Of a stretch of 64,000 nt of DNA, positions 9,318 through 19,445 are shown piece by piece; within the stretch, counting starts at the first letter, position 1, and each line of letters opens with the position of its first letter. Under the pieces are notes generated by a model. It made no database searches. It was not told the origin of the DNA and saw only the letters and a program-made list of their open reading frames with translations. A program made the translations under genes and the position numbers. This DNA comes from an uncultured Gammaproteobacteria bacterium (lineage in GTDB: Bacteria; Patescibacteriota; Microgenomatia; 2-02-FULL-39-11): assembly GCA_964520615.1 (NCBI GenBank), contig CAZFNL010000011.1, forward strand, positions 1,123-65,122. Reading direction: 5' to 3'.

Positions 9318-11525
9318 ATGGCAAGAAGATATAGAAGAAAAAAATTTCCAAAATTCAAACTCAAAGCACAGTCTGTCTTTACCATATTCACTATTCTTTT
9401 TATTGGTGCAGCTGCACTTACCACAATCTCCTTTTTTCAGTCCGGTACCAAATTGGGTCTCGTCCGCAATCTTCTTATAGATAAATTAGGTTGGGGCGGC
9501 ATGCTACTTCCGGTTGTTCTGGTAACATTCTCCTTCCTTTTTATGAAACTGAAATTATCCTTTACCCGCCCAAATGTTTCTCTTGGGGTTTTGTTAAGCT
9601 ATATCTGTCTTTTGGCACTTACCCGCGCGGGAAGTGTCGGTACGCAAATTTGGGAAAATTTTGCAGCGCTTGTCTCAGGTATTGGTGCATTCATTATACT
9701 TTTTGGAATGTTATGCATAGGGCTTATTGTACTTTTCAACACCTCAATAGATGAAATAGCAAAAACAATCAGTGAAATTGCAAAAAGCTTAAATAAAATG
9801 CTAGGTACCCTCCCAATATTTAATATGTCCTTCAAAAAATCAAAACCGCTTTTTGTGGAAAAATTACCCATCAAACCCCCTATTGACTATAAAAGAGAAG
9901 AACAAAAACCTGTCTCCTCCCAAAAGCCTAGTGGGCCAAACAACAAGCAAGTTGCTTCCTCAGTTTCAACCATCAATGGACAATCTCTCAACGCTACAAG
10001 CGGTTTACCGACAGACATTATTGCCAACGTCCCAGGCAGTCAAAATGTCTGGGAATATCCGCCTCTCTCACTTTTATCTTCTTCATTCGGGCAAAAAGCA
10101 GACCGGGGGGATATGAAACACAATGCCAGCACAATTGAGAAAACACTGGAAAGCTTTGGCATATCAGCAAAAGTGGTAGAAGTAAATATGGGTCCGGCAG
10201 TCACGCAGTATGCTCTTGAGATTGCCATGGGTACCAAACTTTCCAAAATTACCGCACTATCAAACGACCTGGCTTTGGCTCTTGCTGCCCCCACAGGACA
10301 AATAAGGATTGACGCACCTATTCCCGGCAGAAGTCTGGTAGGCATTGAAATTCCCAATAAATCGCTTGAGTTTGTTACACTACGGCATATGCTCTCTTCT
10401 GAAAACCTGAAAAGAAGTAAAGAGAAGCTTTTGGTTGCTTTGGGTCTTGATGTATCAGGTAATCCAGTTGCGGCAAATATTGCCAAAATGCCCCATGTTC
10501 TTATTGCCGGGACAACAGGCAGCGGAAAATCAGTCCTCATAAATACATGGATTTCATCACTTCTTTTTAGGACTAATCCGTCAGAAGTAAGACTCATACT
10601 AGTCGACCCCAAAAGAGTAGAACTCATTGGTTATAACGGTATCCCCCATCTTCTGACTCCCGTGATTGTAGAGCCTGATAAGATCCTTTCAGCCCTCAAA
10701 TGGGCCATGGGAGAGATGGATAAACGTTATAAGACTTTTTCTGAAGTGGGTGTGCGTAACATTGACGGCTTCAACGAACTGGCGGGTTTTCAGTCATTGC
10801 CTTATATAGTCATATTTATAGACGAATTGGCAGACCTTATGTCTTATGCCCCAGTTGAGGTAGAAGATTCCATCTGCCGTCTAGCTCAGATGGCAAGAGC
10901 CACAGGAATTCATCTTGTTGTCGCCACACAAAGGCCTTCTGTTGATGTTATTACAGGACTTATAAAAGCCAATATCCCTTCCAGAATTGCTTTTAACGTA
11001 TCATCCATGATTGATTCAAGAGTCATCCTGGACGTACCCGGAGCAGAGAAACTACTTGGACGCGGTGACATGCTCTATATCCCGCCTGAACAAGCCAAAG
11101 CCACCCGCATACAAGGCACTTATATCTCAGAACAGGAAGTACGCCAACTTGTAAATTTTCTTAAAAGTAAAAACATACCAGTACAATACACAGAAGAAGT
11201 TACCTCCATGCCACAGACCTGGAAAAAATCTTCTGGAAGTGGAGCGGGTAGCATGGCAACTGGGGAAGACGATGGGAAGGATGCAATGTTCCAGGAAGCT
11301 ATACAAATAGTCTGCCAATATGATAAGGCTTCGGCTTCCCTCCTGCAAAGAAAATTAAAGATCGGGTATGCCAGAGCCGCAAGGATACTAGACCAGCTGG
11401 AAGAGGAAGGAATTGTCGGACCGGGAGAAGGTTCTAAACCCAGAGACGTCCTCATGCACAACGCAGAAGAGTATTTAGCATCACATACCAATCCAACAGC
11501 TTCTTCCGAACAACAAACATTGTAG
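9318..11525 (+). CDS. ftsK: DNA translocase FtsK/SpoIIIE
   Basis: N-terminal TMs, PHVLIAGTTGSGKS, DELADLM, ATQRPSVDVITG, gamma domain ASASLLQRKLKIGYARAAR; start 9318 vs 9294 uncertain. Confidence 0.97.
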   Translation: MARRYRRKKFPKFKLKAQSVFTIFTILFIGAAALTTISFFQSGTKLGLVRNLLIDKLGWGGMLLPVVLVTFSFLFMKLKLSFTRPNVSLGVLLSYICLLALTRAGSVGTQIWENFAALVSGIGAFIILFGMLCIGLIVLFNTSIDEIAKTISEIAKSLNKMLGTLPIFNMSFKKSKPLFVEKLPIKPPIDYKREEQKPVSSQKPSGPNNKQVASSVSTINGQSLNATSGLPTDIIANVPGSQNVWEYPPLSLLSSSFGQKADRGDMKHNASTIEKTLESFGISAKVVEVNMGPAVTQYALEIAMGTKLSKITALSNDLALALAAPTGQIRIDAPIPGRSLVGIEIPNKSLEFVTLRHMLSSENLKRSKEKLLVALGLDVSGNPVAANIAKMPHVLIAGTTGSGKSVLINTWISSLLFRTNPSEVRLILVDPKRVELIGYNGIPHLLTPVIVEPDKILSALKWAMGEMDKRYKTFSEVGVRNIDGFNELAGFQSLPYIVIFIDELADLMSYAPVEVEDSICRLAQMARATGIHLVVATQRPSVDVITGLIKANIPSRIAFNVSSMIDSRVILDVPGAEKLLGRGDMLYIPPEQAKATRIQGTYISEQEVRQLVNFLKSKNIPVQYTEEVTSMPQTWKKSSGSGAGSMATGEDDGKDAMFQEAIQIVCQYDKASASLLQRKLKIGYARAARILDQLEEEGIVGPGEGSKPRDVLMHNAEEYLASHTNPTASSEQQTL

Positions 11526-11538
11526 TGTATAGATACTT

Positions 11539-12180
11539 ATGCGCACAGTCGGAGACATTCTCAAAAAAGCCAGACTGGAAAAGAAACTGGAATTTGAAGA
11601 AATCGAAAAACATTTGAAGATTAGGGGGAAATACCTCCAGGCTCTCGAAGAAAACAATTGGAACCAGTTGCCGTCTCTTCCTTATATCAAAGGATTCTTG
11701 CGCAACTACAGTTCTTACCTGGATCTGAAACCTGATGAGATGTTAGCAATTTTCCGCAGGCAATTCACCCAACAACAAAAATCAGGTCTCCTTCCTAATG
11801 GATTATCTCAACCCTTGAATGAACCGCTAATAAAACTGACTCCCCATATAATTGTAACAGGTATAATTATTTCCTTTCTTCTACTTTTCTTCGGTTATCT
11901 GGCTTTCCAATACAATTCTTATACCAGCCCCCCCAACCTGACTATCACAAAACCACAAGAGGGAGAGGTAATAAAATCAGACAAGGTGCAAGTCACTGGC
12001 CAAACAGACACCGACGCTGTCGTTTCAGTCAACGGCCAGAAGATTGCAGTTCTTGCAGGCGGCAATTTCTCAACCACCCTTATACTTGTCCCGGGAGTAA
12101 ACACTATCACGATAGATTCAACAAGCAAATATGGTAAAAAAAAGACTTTAACCAGAACGGTACAAATCTCAGAAAATTAG
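11539..12180 (+). CDS. RodZ-like HTH membrane protein with C-terminal Ig-like domain
   Basis: G..LK.AR....., YLQALEE, YIKGFLRNY..YL.L; TM; L.PG.N.I.I beta-sandwich; follows ftsK. Confidence 0.8.
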   Translation: MRTVGDILKKARLEKKLEFEEIEKHLKIRGKYLQALEENNWNQLPSLPYIKGFLRNYSSYLDLKPDEMLAIFRRQFTQQQKSGLLPNGLSQPLNEPLIKLTPHIIVTGIIISFLLLFFGYLAFQYNSYTSPPNLTITKPQEGEVIKSDKVQVTGQTDTDAVVSVNGQKIAVLAGGNFSTTLILVPGVNTITIDSTSKYGKKKTLTRTVQISEN

Positions 12181-12321
12181 CATTCAGCCAAACAGCACAA
12201 AGAGCGGCAGGAGATATGATCCAAGAAAGTAAATTCTCCATCAAAACTGATACCTTTTGTACGGTTGACTGTAATGATATCTAAATATTAAAATGTTATA
12301 ACCTATTTAATACACCTGCCT

Positions 12322-12585
12322 ATGATTGATCCGACACAAATACTTCTTTTTTCAGTAGTCATCATACTCACAGCCATTGTTGTTCTAATAGGTTGGCAAA
12401 TCTTTTCTATCCTCTCTGAAATTAGGAAAATGCTTTCAAAAGTAAACATGATGGTTGATGGTGCAGTTTCCATTTCCGGCAACATCGGCAAATCATTCAA
12501 GGATCTGAGCGGATTTTCTGAGGGAGTAAAAACGGTATTGGGTTTTTTAAAGATATTCAAAAGGAAAGGGAAAAAAGATGAGTGA
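12322..12585 (+). CDS. Small membrane protein (DUF948-like position before ytxH)
   Basis: TM helix plus coiled coil; overlaps downstream YtxH-like gene. Confidence 0.65.
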   Translation: MIDPTQILLFSVVIILTAIVVLIGWQIFSILSEIRKMLSKVNMMVDGAVSISGNIGKSFKDLSGFSEGVKTVLGFLKIFKRKGKKDE

Positions 12586-12970
12586 CGACAAAAATGGTGG
12601 AAATTTTTGGCTGGGTTTTTTCCTTGGTGGTCTTATAGGCGGCTTTATCATATTCATGCTTGGTACAAAAGAGGGAAAAAAGAAACTGGAAAAGTTACTG
12701 GACCAGGCTGAAGTCTATGAGGAGGAAATTGAGGAGAAAGTGTCCAATCTCCAGAAACAGGGAGAAAAACTTCTGGCTGAAACGGAAGATATAAAGGAAA
12801 AAGTGGTGAAGAAGATGGCTGATAAGAAGGAAATCGTCTCTGATTCATTTACTGATAAAATGGACCAGACTCTAAGTAAAATTGAGGAAGTGCAAAAGAA
12901 GGGTATGGCCCTCACTCAGGATATCAGGCACCGTTATTTCAAGAAGAACGGAAAAACCCTCAACACCTGA
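12578..12970 (+). CDS. YtxH-like protein
   Basis: F.LGF.LGGLIG....... K.GK followed by acidic coiled coil. Confidence 0.75.
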   Translation: MSDDKNGGNFWLGFFLGGLIGGFIIFMLGTKEGKKKLEKLLDQAEVYEEEIEEKVSNLQKQGEKLLAETEDIKEKVVKKMADKKEIVSDSFTDKMDQTLSKIEEVQKKGMALTQDIRHRYFKKNGKTLNT

Positions 12971-13026
12971 TTTATCCATCCCGCATTATAGCGAAAATAG
13001 ATATTTCTATACGCCAAGAAGAAAAT

Positions 13027-13527
13027 TCAGCTCCTGATTTTATCTACCCTACATTCTTTTATCGCCCTATCCATTACGGAAAGCATTTCATTTATAATCT
13101 CTTCCGCTTCAGAAAGTGCCAGTGCCCTTAAGTTATGCTGAAAATAATGGAACACCTGATTCCTGCCTCTTTTCCAAACATTCCATAATTCATCGGCCAA
13201 CTCCCTATCACCACACTTTCTTACTATTTTGTCATATGCTGACCACCGGCGCAGCTGTCTTTCCAATTGAGGATTTAATGCCCTGCCAATTCTGAAATGA
13301 TCACTACCATATTCCTTGGCGCTTATAAATCCGCTATCAAGAAAAAACTTCTTGAGGAATCCTTCGTAGGCTTTAGCAAAAGGAAAAACCAAATAGGAAT
13401 AATCGGTTATGTTCTCATCGGGATGTTCTTTTAGATCATTTAGAAGGTATATTCCTTCGTCAATCAGTCCTTTTTGCCCATCCGAAAGATATTTCCATAA
13501 AAATGAGCTTTTGTCAATTGCAAACAT
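13027..13527 (-). CDS. HEPN-domain protein resembling RnlA/LsoA toxin nuclease domain
   Basis: DYSYLVFPFAKAYEGFLKK helix and HEPN RxxxxH motif RNQVFH. Confidence 0.55.
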   Translation of the reverse strand: MFAIDKSSFLWKYLSDGQKGLIDEGIYLLNDLKEHPDENITDYSYLVFPFAKAYEGFLKKFFLDSGFISAKEYGSDHFRIGRALNPQLERQLRRWSAYDKIVRKCGDRELADELWNVWKRGRNQVFHYFQHNLRALALSEAEEIINEMLSVMDRAIKECRVDKIRS

Positions 13528-13548
13528 GTGATAGAAAGTATTCTAATT

Positions 13549-15081
13549 TTACCATCTTTTCAAAGATTGCATAATTGCTCTTTCCACTGATTCTTTTCCG
13601 GATGCATACTTTCTCTTGAATCTAATTTTTTTGTTTTTTAGATTGGCAATATTTGGAGGAATAGTAATGCTGGGAAAAAGAATGGTAATTTTTTTTAGGA
13701 TCTTGAACTCATCTTCTTTTGATCCAAAGCCTGATAATGCCTTATAGACATCTTTGGCAAACTTTGCCCAATGCGCGGTGGAACAAATTACTACCGGCTT
13801 AGGAGAGCCGTATTTATTCTGATACCTTTCTGCTACTGCTTGGGCTACTGCAGTATGCGGATCAAGAAGATAATTTGTTTCATTGTATGTCTTTTTTATT
13901 GTTGCTAAACAATCTTTATTTGATACCCAATCGGCAAAGAAATTTTCTTTTAATCTACGCAGTGTCTCACTGTCCACTTTGAAAAAATTGTTATTTTTCA
14001 ATTGACTCATCCAAAAATTCACCTTTTCAACATCATAAGTCAACTCATATAACAACCGCTCCAAATTACTACCCACTAGTATACTCATAGCTGGAGAGGG
14101 GGTTTTTACCAATTTTCTTTTTCTGATGTCATACACGCCTGTTTTCAGAAATTCACTATAGACATTATTTTCATTATTTGCACAGATAAGCCTGCCAACG
14201 GGCAATCCCATAATCTTGGCATAATAGGCGGCCAGAATATTGCCGAAATTCCCCGTAGGAACTGCAATATCTATCCTCTCCCCAAAACTTATCCTTTTCT
14301 CGTTAACCAAATCCAGATAACTTTTTACATGATAAACAATCTGAGGAAATAGCCTTCCCCAATTTATGGAATTGGCAGAAGAAAGTAAGACATTTTTCTC
14401 CAACAGCAGTTTTTCATTAAATTCCTTATCATTGAATAATTCCTTTACACTTTTTTGTACATCGTCAAAATTACCTTGAATTCCGTATACAGCAACATTT
14501 TTCCCTTTCTGCGTGATCATGGATAATTCCTGCAAACTTGATACTCCTTTATAGGGATAAAAGACCACAATTGATATCCCCTCCTTATTGGCATATCCTT
14601 CAAGAGCCGCTTTTCCCGTATCTCCTGAGGTGGCTACAACAATCAGGTAGTTTGGCTGTCTTAACCCTTTCTTTAACCGATGTATTTTTTCTTTTTTCTG
14701 GCTTTCGGTAAACAAATGAGTGGTAAACTGCAAAGCAATATCCTTAAACGCCAAAGTGGGACCATGCCAAAGTTCTAAAAGATATTGATTATCCCTAAGT
14801 TTAATTAAGGGAGTAATCCTCGTATCGTCAAAATTATCTGAATAGGCGCGATAAATCAGCTTTTTTAACAAATCATGATCAAAATCAGTCTTGAACAAAT
14901 CACAAACAGAAAGACACGTATCCTGATAGGAACCATTTAATAAAGGCTTTAACTTTTTTAATGAAAAATGTGGCAATCTCTCAGGTACAAAAAGTCCTCC
15001 ATCTCCTGCAATTCCTTTTAGTATCGTTTCAGAAAATGTGTATATTTTTTTGTCACCTCTTGTACTATGGTAGGAGATCAT
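13549..15081 (-). CDS. thrC: Threonine synthase
   Basis: YHSTRG, DGGLFVP, LELWHGPTLAFKD (PLP Lys), ATSGDTG, SANSINWGRL, VPTGNFGN, DPHTAV. Confidence 0.97.
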   Translation of the reverse strand: MISYHSTRGDKKIYTFSETILKGIAGDGGLFVPERLPHFSLKKLKPLLNGSYQDTCLSVCDLFKTDFDHDLLKKLIYRAYSDNFDDTRITPLIKLRDNQYLLELWHGPTLAFKDIALQFTTHLFTESQKKEKIHRLKKGLRQPNYLIVVATSGDTGKAALEGYANKEGISIVVFYPYKGVSSLQELSMITQKGKNVAVYGIQGNFDDVQKSVKELFNDKEFNEKLLLEKNVLLSSANSINWGRLFPQIVYHVKSYLDLVNEKRISFGERIDIAVPTGNFGNILAAYYAKIMGLPVGRLICANNENNVYSEFLKTGVYDIRKRKLVKTPSPAMSILVGSNLERLLYELTYDVEKVNFWMSQLKNNNFFKVDSETLRRLKENFFADWVSNKDCLATIKKTYNETNYLLDPHTAVAQAVAERYQNKYGSPKPVVICSTAHWAKFAKDVYKALSGFGSKEDEFKILKKITILFPSITIPPNIANLKNKKIRFKRKYASGKESVERAIMQSLKRW

Positions 15082-15986
15082 AATTCAATCAATTTTACTT
15101 CAGAACCTGTATTGGTAACATCAAGAACCAGAGTACTGCCTGAGATATTACCTTCTGCCGCCGCTTCAACCATATTTCTGGCGATAGCCTTAAAACGATG
15201 TCCTGCAAGAGCAATTATTGATGATCCGCCTCCTGAAAGTGCCGCTCCATAAGCTCCTTCAGAAAGTGCCGCAGCAATAATCCGCGGCATAAGAGGGAAC
15301 ACTTTTGTCCTTGCCGGCTGGTGAATCCTGTCTTCCATCGCAGTCCCAAGAAGGTGATAATTCCCTGACTGGAGTGCAGCCAGAAAAAGTGCTACACGCC
15401 CAGTGTTAAACACCACATCGTTTTTGTGATAGTGTGTCGGCATCAGTTTTCTGCCCGTTATAGTATCCATGGCAAAATCGGGCACAAAATAAACCGCCTT
15501 CAAATCCTGAGGGAAAGGTATTTTTATGTATGTAAGTTTTGCATCTTTTTTTGATGTAACAATGACCAGCCCTCCAAAAAGTGCCGGCGTCACGTTATCC
15601 GGATGCTTTCCGCGTTCAAGCTCAACTGCCATTGGCAGAAGTTCTTCAAAGGAAAAATGGTTATGCAAAAATGCGTTTGCTGCAAGAAGCCCGCCTACTA
15701 CCGCTGTTGCACTGCTGCCGAATCCCCTTCCCTGAGGTATCCCAAGATTCATCTCAATCCTCACTTGAGGAGTTACCTCTTTCAGTTTCTCAAATGGATA
15801 GATAAAAGACTGGTAAAAAAGGTTTTCTTTATTTTTAGGCAAACTGTTTAATCCTTTTATAACAATTCCAAAATTTTGCGCTTCTTCAACCAAAAACTCA
15901 TTATGAAGCCCAACAGCCAGACCAAAAATATCAAAACCCGGACCCAGATTTGCGGACGTTGCCGGTACTTTTATTTTTACTTTCAT
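15078..15986 (-). CDS. thrB: Homoserine kinase
   Basis: VPATSANLGPGFD, P.GRGFGSSA, HPDNV.PA..GG, DRIHQP.R, SGGG. Confidence 0.96.
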   Translation of the reverse strand: MKVKIKVPATSANLGPGFDIFGLAVGLHNEFLVEEAQNFGIVIKGLNSLPKNKENLFYQSFIYPFEKLKEVTPQVRIEMNLGIPQGRGFGSSATAVVGGLLAANAFLHNHFSFEELLPMAVELERGKHPDNVTPALFGGLVIVTSKKDAKLTYIKIPFPQDLKAVYFVPDFAMDTITGRKLMPTHYHKNDVVFNTGRVALFLAALQSGNYHLLGTAMEDRIHQPARTKVFPLMPRIIAAALSEGAYGAALSGGGSSIIALAGHRFKAIARNMVEAAAEGNISGSTLVLDVTNTGSEVKLIEL

Positions 15987-16118
15987 ATTCAATGAGACTA
16001 GAAAAATTCAAACAACTAACGACTGAATAGAATTTTTCGTAAGTCGAATTAATCCCGAGCGCTAGCGAGAGATTTCAATGATAACTAATTCTTAATAAAC
16101 TGTTAACTTCACGTTATT

Positions 16119-17222
16119 TCAAACCGATAGATATCCTTTTTTATAAAGAAGTTCCGCGATAAGAACTGCACCCCCCGCTGCTCCTCGTATGGTGTTGTGA
16201 GAAAGTGATACAAATTTCCAGTCAAAAAATGGATCTTCCCTGAATCTGCCACATGAGACAGTCATTCCTTTTCCCAAGTCTCTATCAAAATTTGTCTGGG
16301 GACGATCATCCTCGGAAAAATATTTTATGAACTGTTTGGGAGAAGATGGTAAATCCATTTCGGAAAGAGGATTGTCAAAATTATGTATTGCTTCAACTAT
16401 TTCCCCAAAAGTCGGCTTATTTTCAAACTTCACCGATACGGATGCCATATGTCCGTCAGTTACCGGTACTCTTATGCATGTTGCTGATATCTGCAAATTC
16501 TCTGCTTCTTTAATCCTGCCTTCCACCAAATCTCCAAGTATCTTTTGTGGTTCTCTTTCTGTTTTTTCCTCTTCGCCGCTTATAAAAGGGATAACATTAT
16601 CTACCATTTCCGGCCAGTCCGCAAAAGTTTTTCCGCCTCCTGAGATTGCCTGAAGAGTGGTTACCTCTACCAGTTTGGGCTTGAATTTCCGCAGAACATA
16701 CAACACAGGTACATAAGATTGGAGGGAGCAATTGGGTTTTACGACAATAAAACCTTTCGACCAACCCCTGTTTTTTCTCTGCGATTCGATTAACCTAAGA
16801 TGGTCTGGGTTTATTTCCGGAATCACCATAGGTATGTCTGATGCAAAACGGTTGCTAGAGTTGTTTGAAACTACCGCTATTCCCTCTTCTGCATATCTTT
16901 CTTCAATCCGCTTAACCCTGTCTTTATCTACATTCAAAGCGGAAAATACCAAATTGACACTTTTGGCAATTTTTTCAAAATCACCTTCAACGTCATAGAT
17001 ACTCATCTTCTTTACCGTTTCTGGCATATCCGTATTCAATTTCCATCGCCTCTCAATAGCCTGCCCGTAAGTCATACCGGCGGAGCGGGCTGAGGCTGCC
17101 AGACATACAACCTCAAACCACGGATGGTTATGGAGCATGCTGACAAATCGCTGTCCCACCATGCCTGTCGCGCCCAAAATTCCTACCCTCACTTTATGCA
17201 CAACTCTTCCTTTTGCTTTCAT
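16119..17222 (-). CDS. asd: Aspartate-semialdehyde dehydrogenase
   Basis: GILGATGMVGQRF, PEINP.H, KPNCS, QAISGGG, RVPV.DGH, HNTIRGAAG. Confidence 0.97.
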   Translation of the reverse strand: MKAKGRVVHKVRVGILGATGMVGQRFVSMLHNHPWFEVVCLAASARSAGMTYGQAIERRWKLNTDMPETVKKMSIYDVEGDFEKIAKSVNLVFSALNVDKDRVKRIEERYAEEGIAVVSNNSSNRFASDIPMVIPEINPDHLRLIESQRKNRGWSKGFIVVKPNCSLQSYVPVLYVLRKFKPKLVEVTTLQAISGGGKTFADWPEMVDNVIPFISGEEEKTEREPQKILGDLVEGRIKEAENLQISATCIRVPVTDGHMASVSVKFENKPTFGEIVEAIHNFDNPLSEMDLPSSPKQFIKYFSEDDRPQTNFDRDLGKGMTVSCGRFREDPFFDWKFVSLSHNTIRGAAGGAVLIAELLYKKGYLSV

Positions 17223-17225
17223 AAA

Positions 17226-18275
17226 TTACGAATGATAAATAAACTTTGCAGCTTCCAGGACGTCGGCTAGAACCCCTTCTGCTGTCACGCTGACACCCGC
17301 ACCGGGACCTTTCACAACTAGTGGATTTTTATCATATCTTTTTGTTTTAAAAACTATAATATTGTCTGGTCCTTTCAAATTTCCCACGTCACCATTTTTT
17401 TCTACTTCCTCCATACCGATGGTACAGGAATTTACCGTGACGCTTGCCACATACCTTAAAGTCATTGATCTTTCCCCAGCCATATAAATTTTCTTTTTGT
17501 ATTCATCATCAAACCGACCAATTGTTTCCATAAATTTATCTACAGTCAGTCCATCCATATTCCGGGGATATAAACTTTCAATTTTAATATCCTCTATTTC
17601 AATCCTCCTGCCCAAAAGTCTGGCAAGAATTAACGCTTTCCTTGCTACATCCATTCCAGAAAGGTCATCTCTGGGATCCGGTTCTGTAAAACCTTTTTCT
17701 TTGGCCTGTTCTACTGCTTGAGAAAATAACATCCCTTCCTCCAGATGGAAGAATATGTATCCGAGTGTACCGCTGAAACAACCTTTTATCTCAGAAATAC
17801 TGTCACCGGTATCGATAAAATTATTTAATGTAGAAATAACCGGTAAAGCCGCTCCGACTGTCGTCTCAAAAAATAATTTTCTTCCAAAATATTCCTCCAA
17901 TCGGTCAAATTGCTTTTGACTCTGCGTAAATGGCTTTTTGTTGGATGTGACTACATATCCGCCATTGCTGAGGGTTAACATAAACAATTCGAGTGTCTTA
18001 TCAGATGCCGTCGTATCAATCAGGATAAACGGATCAACAACTACTTTTAACGCCTTTTTTACATCTACTCCGGAGGATGTTTTTGGGAAACTTTTTATCT
18101 TATTTTCAGATAAGCCCTCCGCATCAAAAACACCTCCTTTTGAACCGAACATACCGCAATAATTCAAAAATATCCCATACTTCCTTTTCCAAGAAGGATT
18201 TACTTCCTCTATCTCCCTGATAAGTTCTTTTCCTACATTACCGATACCCAAATGAATGATGTTAATCTTGTGCAC
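17226..18275 (-). CDS. hom: Homoserine dehydrogenase (ThrA/MetL C-terminal-type, stand-alone)
   Basis: G.GNVG, NKKP, ETTVGAALP, FSGTLGY, TEPDPRDDLSG.DVARK, GPGAG..VTA; GTG start with AAGGAG SD inside lysC end. Confidence 0.93.
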   Translation of the reverse strand: MHKINIIHLGIGNVGKELIREIEEVNPSWKRKYGIFLNYCGMFGSKGGVFDAEGLSENKIKSFPKTSSGVDVKKALKVVVDPFILIDTTASDKTLELFMLTLSNGGYVVTSNKKPFTQSQKQFDRLEEYFGRKLFFETTVGAALPVISTLNNFIDTGDSISEIKGCFSGTLGYIFFHLEEGMLFSQAVEQAKEKGFTEPDPRDDLSGMDVARKALILARLLGRRIEIEDIKIESLYPRNMDGLTVDKFMETIGRFDDEYKKKIYMAGERSMTLRYVASVTVNSCTIGMEEVEKNGDVGNLKGPDNIIVFKTKRYDKNPLVVKGPGAGVSVTAEGVLADVLEAAKFIYHS

Positions 18276-19176
18276 TTGTTACTCCTTTCCAGATTTTTGT
18301 TCCTGCAAATTCCGGCCTGAACGTATTTTTTACCCAGACGGTAATTTCTTTTTCGGCTACCGGCTTCAGAGCTTGAGGATGCAGCACTTTTGCCCCTTTT
18401 TGAGCCATATCCAAAGCATCAACATAAGAAATCTCGGCAATAAATTTCGCGTTACTACCCTTTTTGGGATCGCCGTTAAATAACCCATCCACTTCTTTCC
18501 ATAAAACCACTTCGGAAGCATCCAAGGCATATGCAAGAATTGTAGCGGTATAATCTGATCCTCCTCTGCCCAACGTTACGACCTTTCCTTCTCTTGTACC
18601 CCCATAAAATCCTGTCACAACAGGAGTTACGCCTTTGAAAATGAGTTTGTAAATCAGCTGTTCCGTCATTTCCCGTGTCTCCTCAAAATTGACTTTGTAA
18701 TTGCCGCTCTCATTCGACATAAGTATCAGCTTCCCACTATCTACTTCCCGTGCTCTCACTTTTATGTGTTGCAGTACGGCTGAAAGCAGAATGCAACTGA
18801 GCCTTTCCCCAAACGAAACCACATAATCATAACCGCAATCTGCAAGTCCCTTCTTAAAAGTCAGACAAGTGATAAGTCTTCCGAAAAGTCTGACTAATTT
18901 TTCGTGGGTTTCTTCATACATTTCCCTTCTCAATTTCAGACCAACCAGTGTTTCAAGATGCAATGTGTAAAGATTGTTTAGCCCTTCATAGGCATCAGCA
19001 TACCGGCCATCCTTATAAAAATTGTAGACATCTATCAAAGTATCGGTGACACCACCCATTGCAGAAACCACAACCACCACATGACCACCTGAAGAGTGGT
19101 TTTTTATGATATCCGCAACTCTTAATATATTTTGTGCTGACCCGACGGATGATCCGCCAAATTTCATGATTTTCAT
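18262..19176 (-). CDS. lysC: Aspartokinase (catalytic domain only, no ACT domains)
   Basis: MKFGGSSV, VVVSAMGGVTD, GERLS, TLGRGGSDYTA, VDG...DP, GAKVLHP, GTKI. Confidence 0.93.
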   Translation of the reverse strand: MKIMKFGGSSVGSAQNILRVADIIKNHSSGGHVVVVVSAMGGVTDTLIDVYNFYKDGRYADAYEGLNNLYTLHLETLVGLKLRREMYEETHEKLVRLFGRLITCLTFKKGLADCGYDYVVSFGERLSCILLSAVLQHIKVRAREVDSGKLILMSNESGNYKVNFEETREMTEQLIYKLIFKGVTPVVTGFYGGTREGKVVTLGRGGSDYTATILAYALDASEVVLWKEVDGLFNGDPKKGSNAKFIAEISYVDALDMAQKGAKVLHPQALKPVAEKEITVWVKNTFRPEFAGTKIWKGVTSAQD

Positions 19177-19311
19177 TTCAGATTCCCCTTTTAGATCCTT
19201 ATGCGCTTATTAATTTGTGTTGTCTTTAGTCCACACTTCACAAGAAATTGAATACAAAATAATGACCAGATTAATTCATCTTTATCATATTTGATTTGTG
19301 AACTGACCAAC

Positions 19312-19337
19312 AAAAAAGACCTCCTTTTAGGAGGTCT
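19312..19337 (-). terminator. thr attenuator terminator
   Basis: Minus strand AGACCTCCT-AAA-AGGAGGTCT followed by U-tract, between leader peptide and lysC. Confidence 0.9.
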
Positions 19338-19361
19338 CGTCAATTACTTATTATATTCCTA

Positions 19362-19430
19362 CTACGAAACCTCCTTCAAAGAAGGACCAATAGTAGTAGT
19401 GACAATAATAAGGCTTTTTACTTTTAACAT
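19362..19430 (-). CDS. thrL: thr operon leader peptide MLKVKSLIIVTTTIGPSLKEVS (not in ORF track)
   Basis: Translated by hand: ATT ATT GTC ACT ACT ACT ATT control codons, followed by 1:2, 2:3 and 3:4 pairings. Confidence 0.85.
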   Translation of the reverse strand: MLKVKSLIIVTTTIGPSLKEVS

Positions 19431-19445
19431 ATTTTAATTTGAGCT

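Noticed and set aside
16051-16075. AATCCCGAGCGCTAGCGAGAGATT hairpin between asd and thrB as a regulatory element
   Set aside because: Short and imperfect; more likely a repeat remnant
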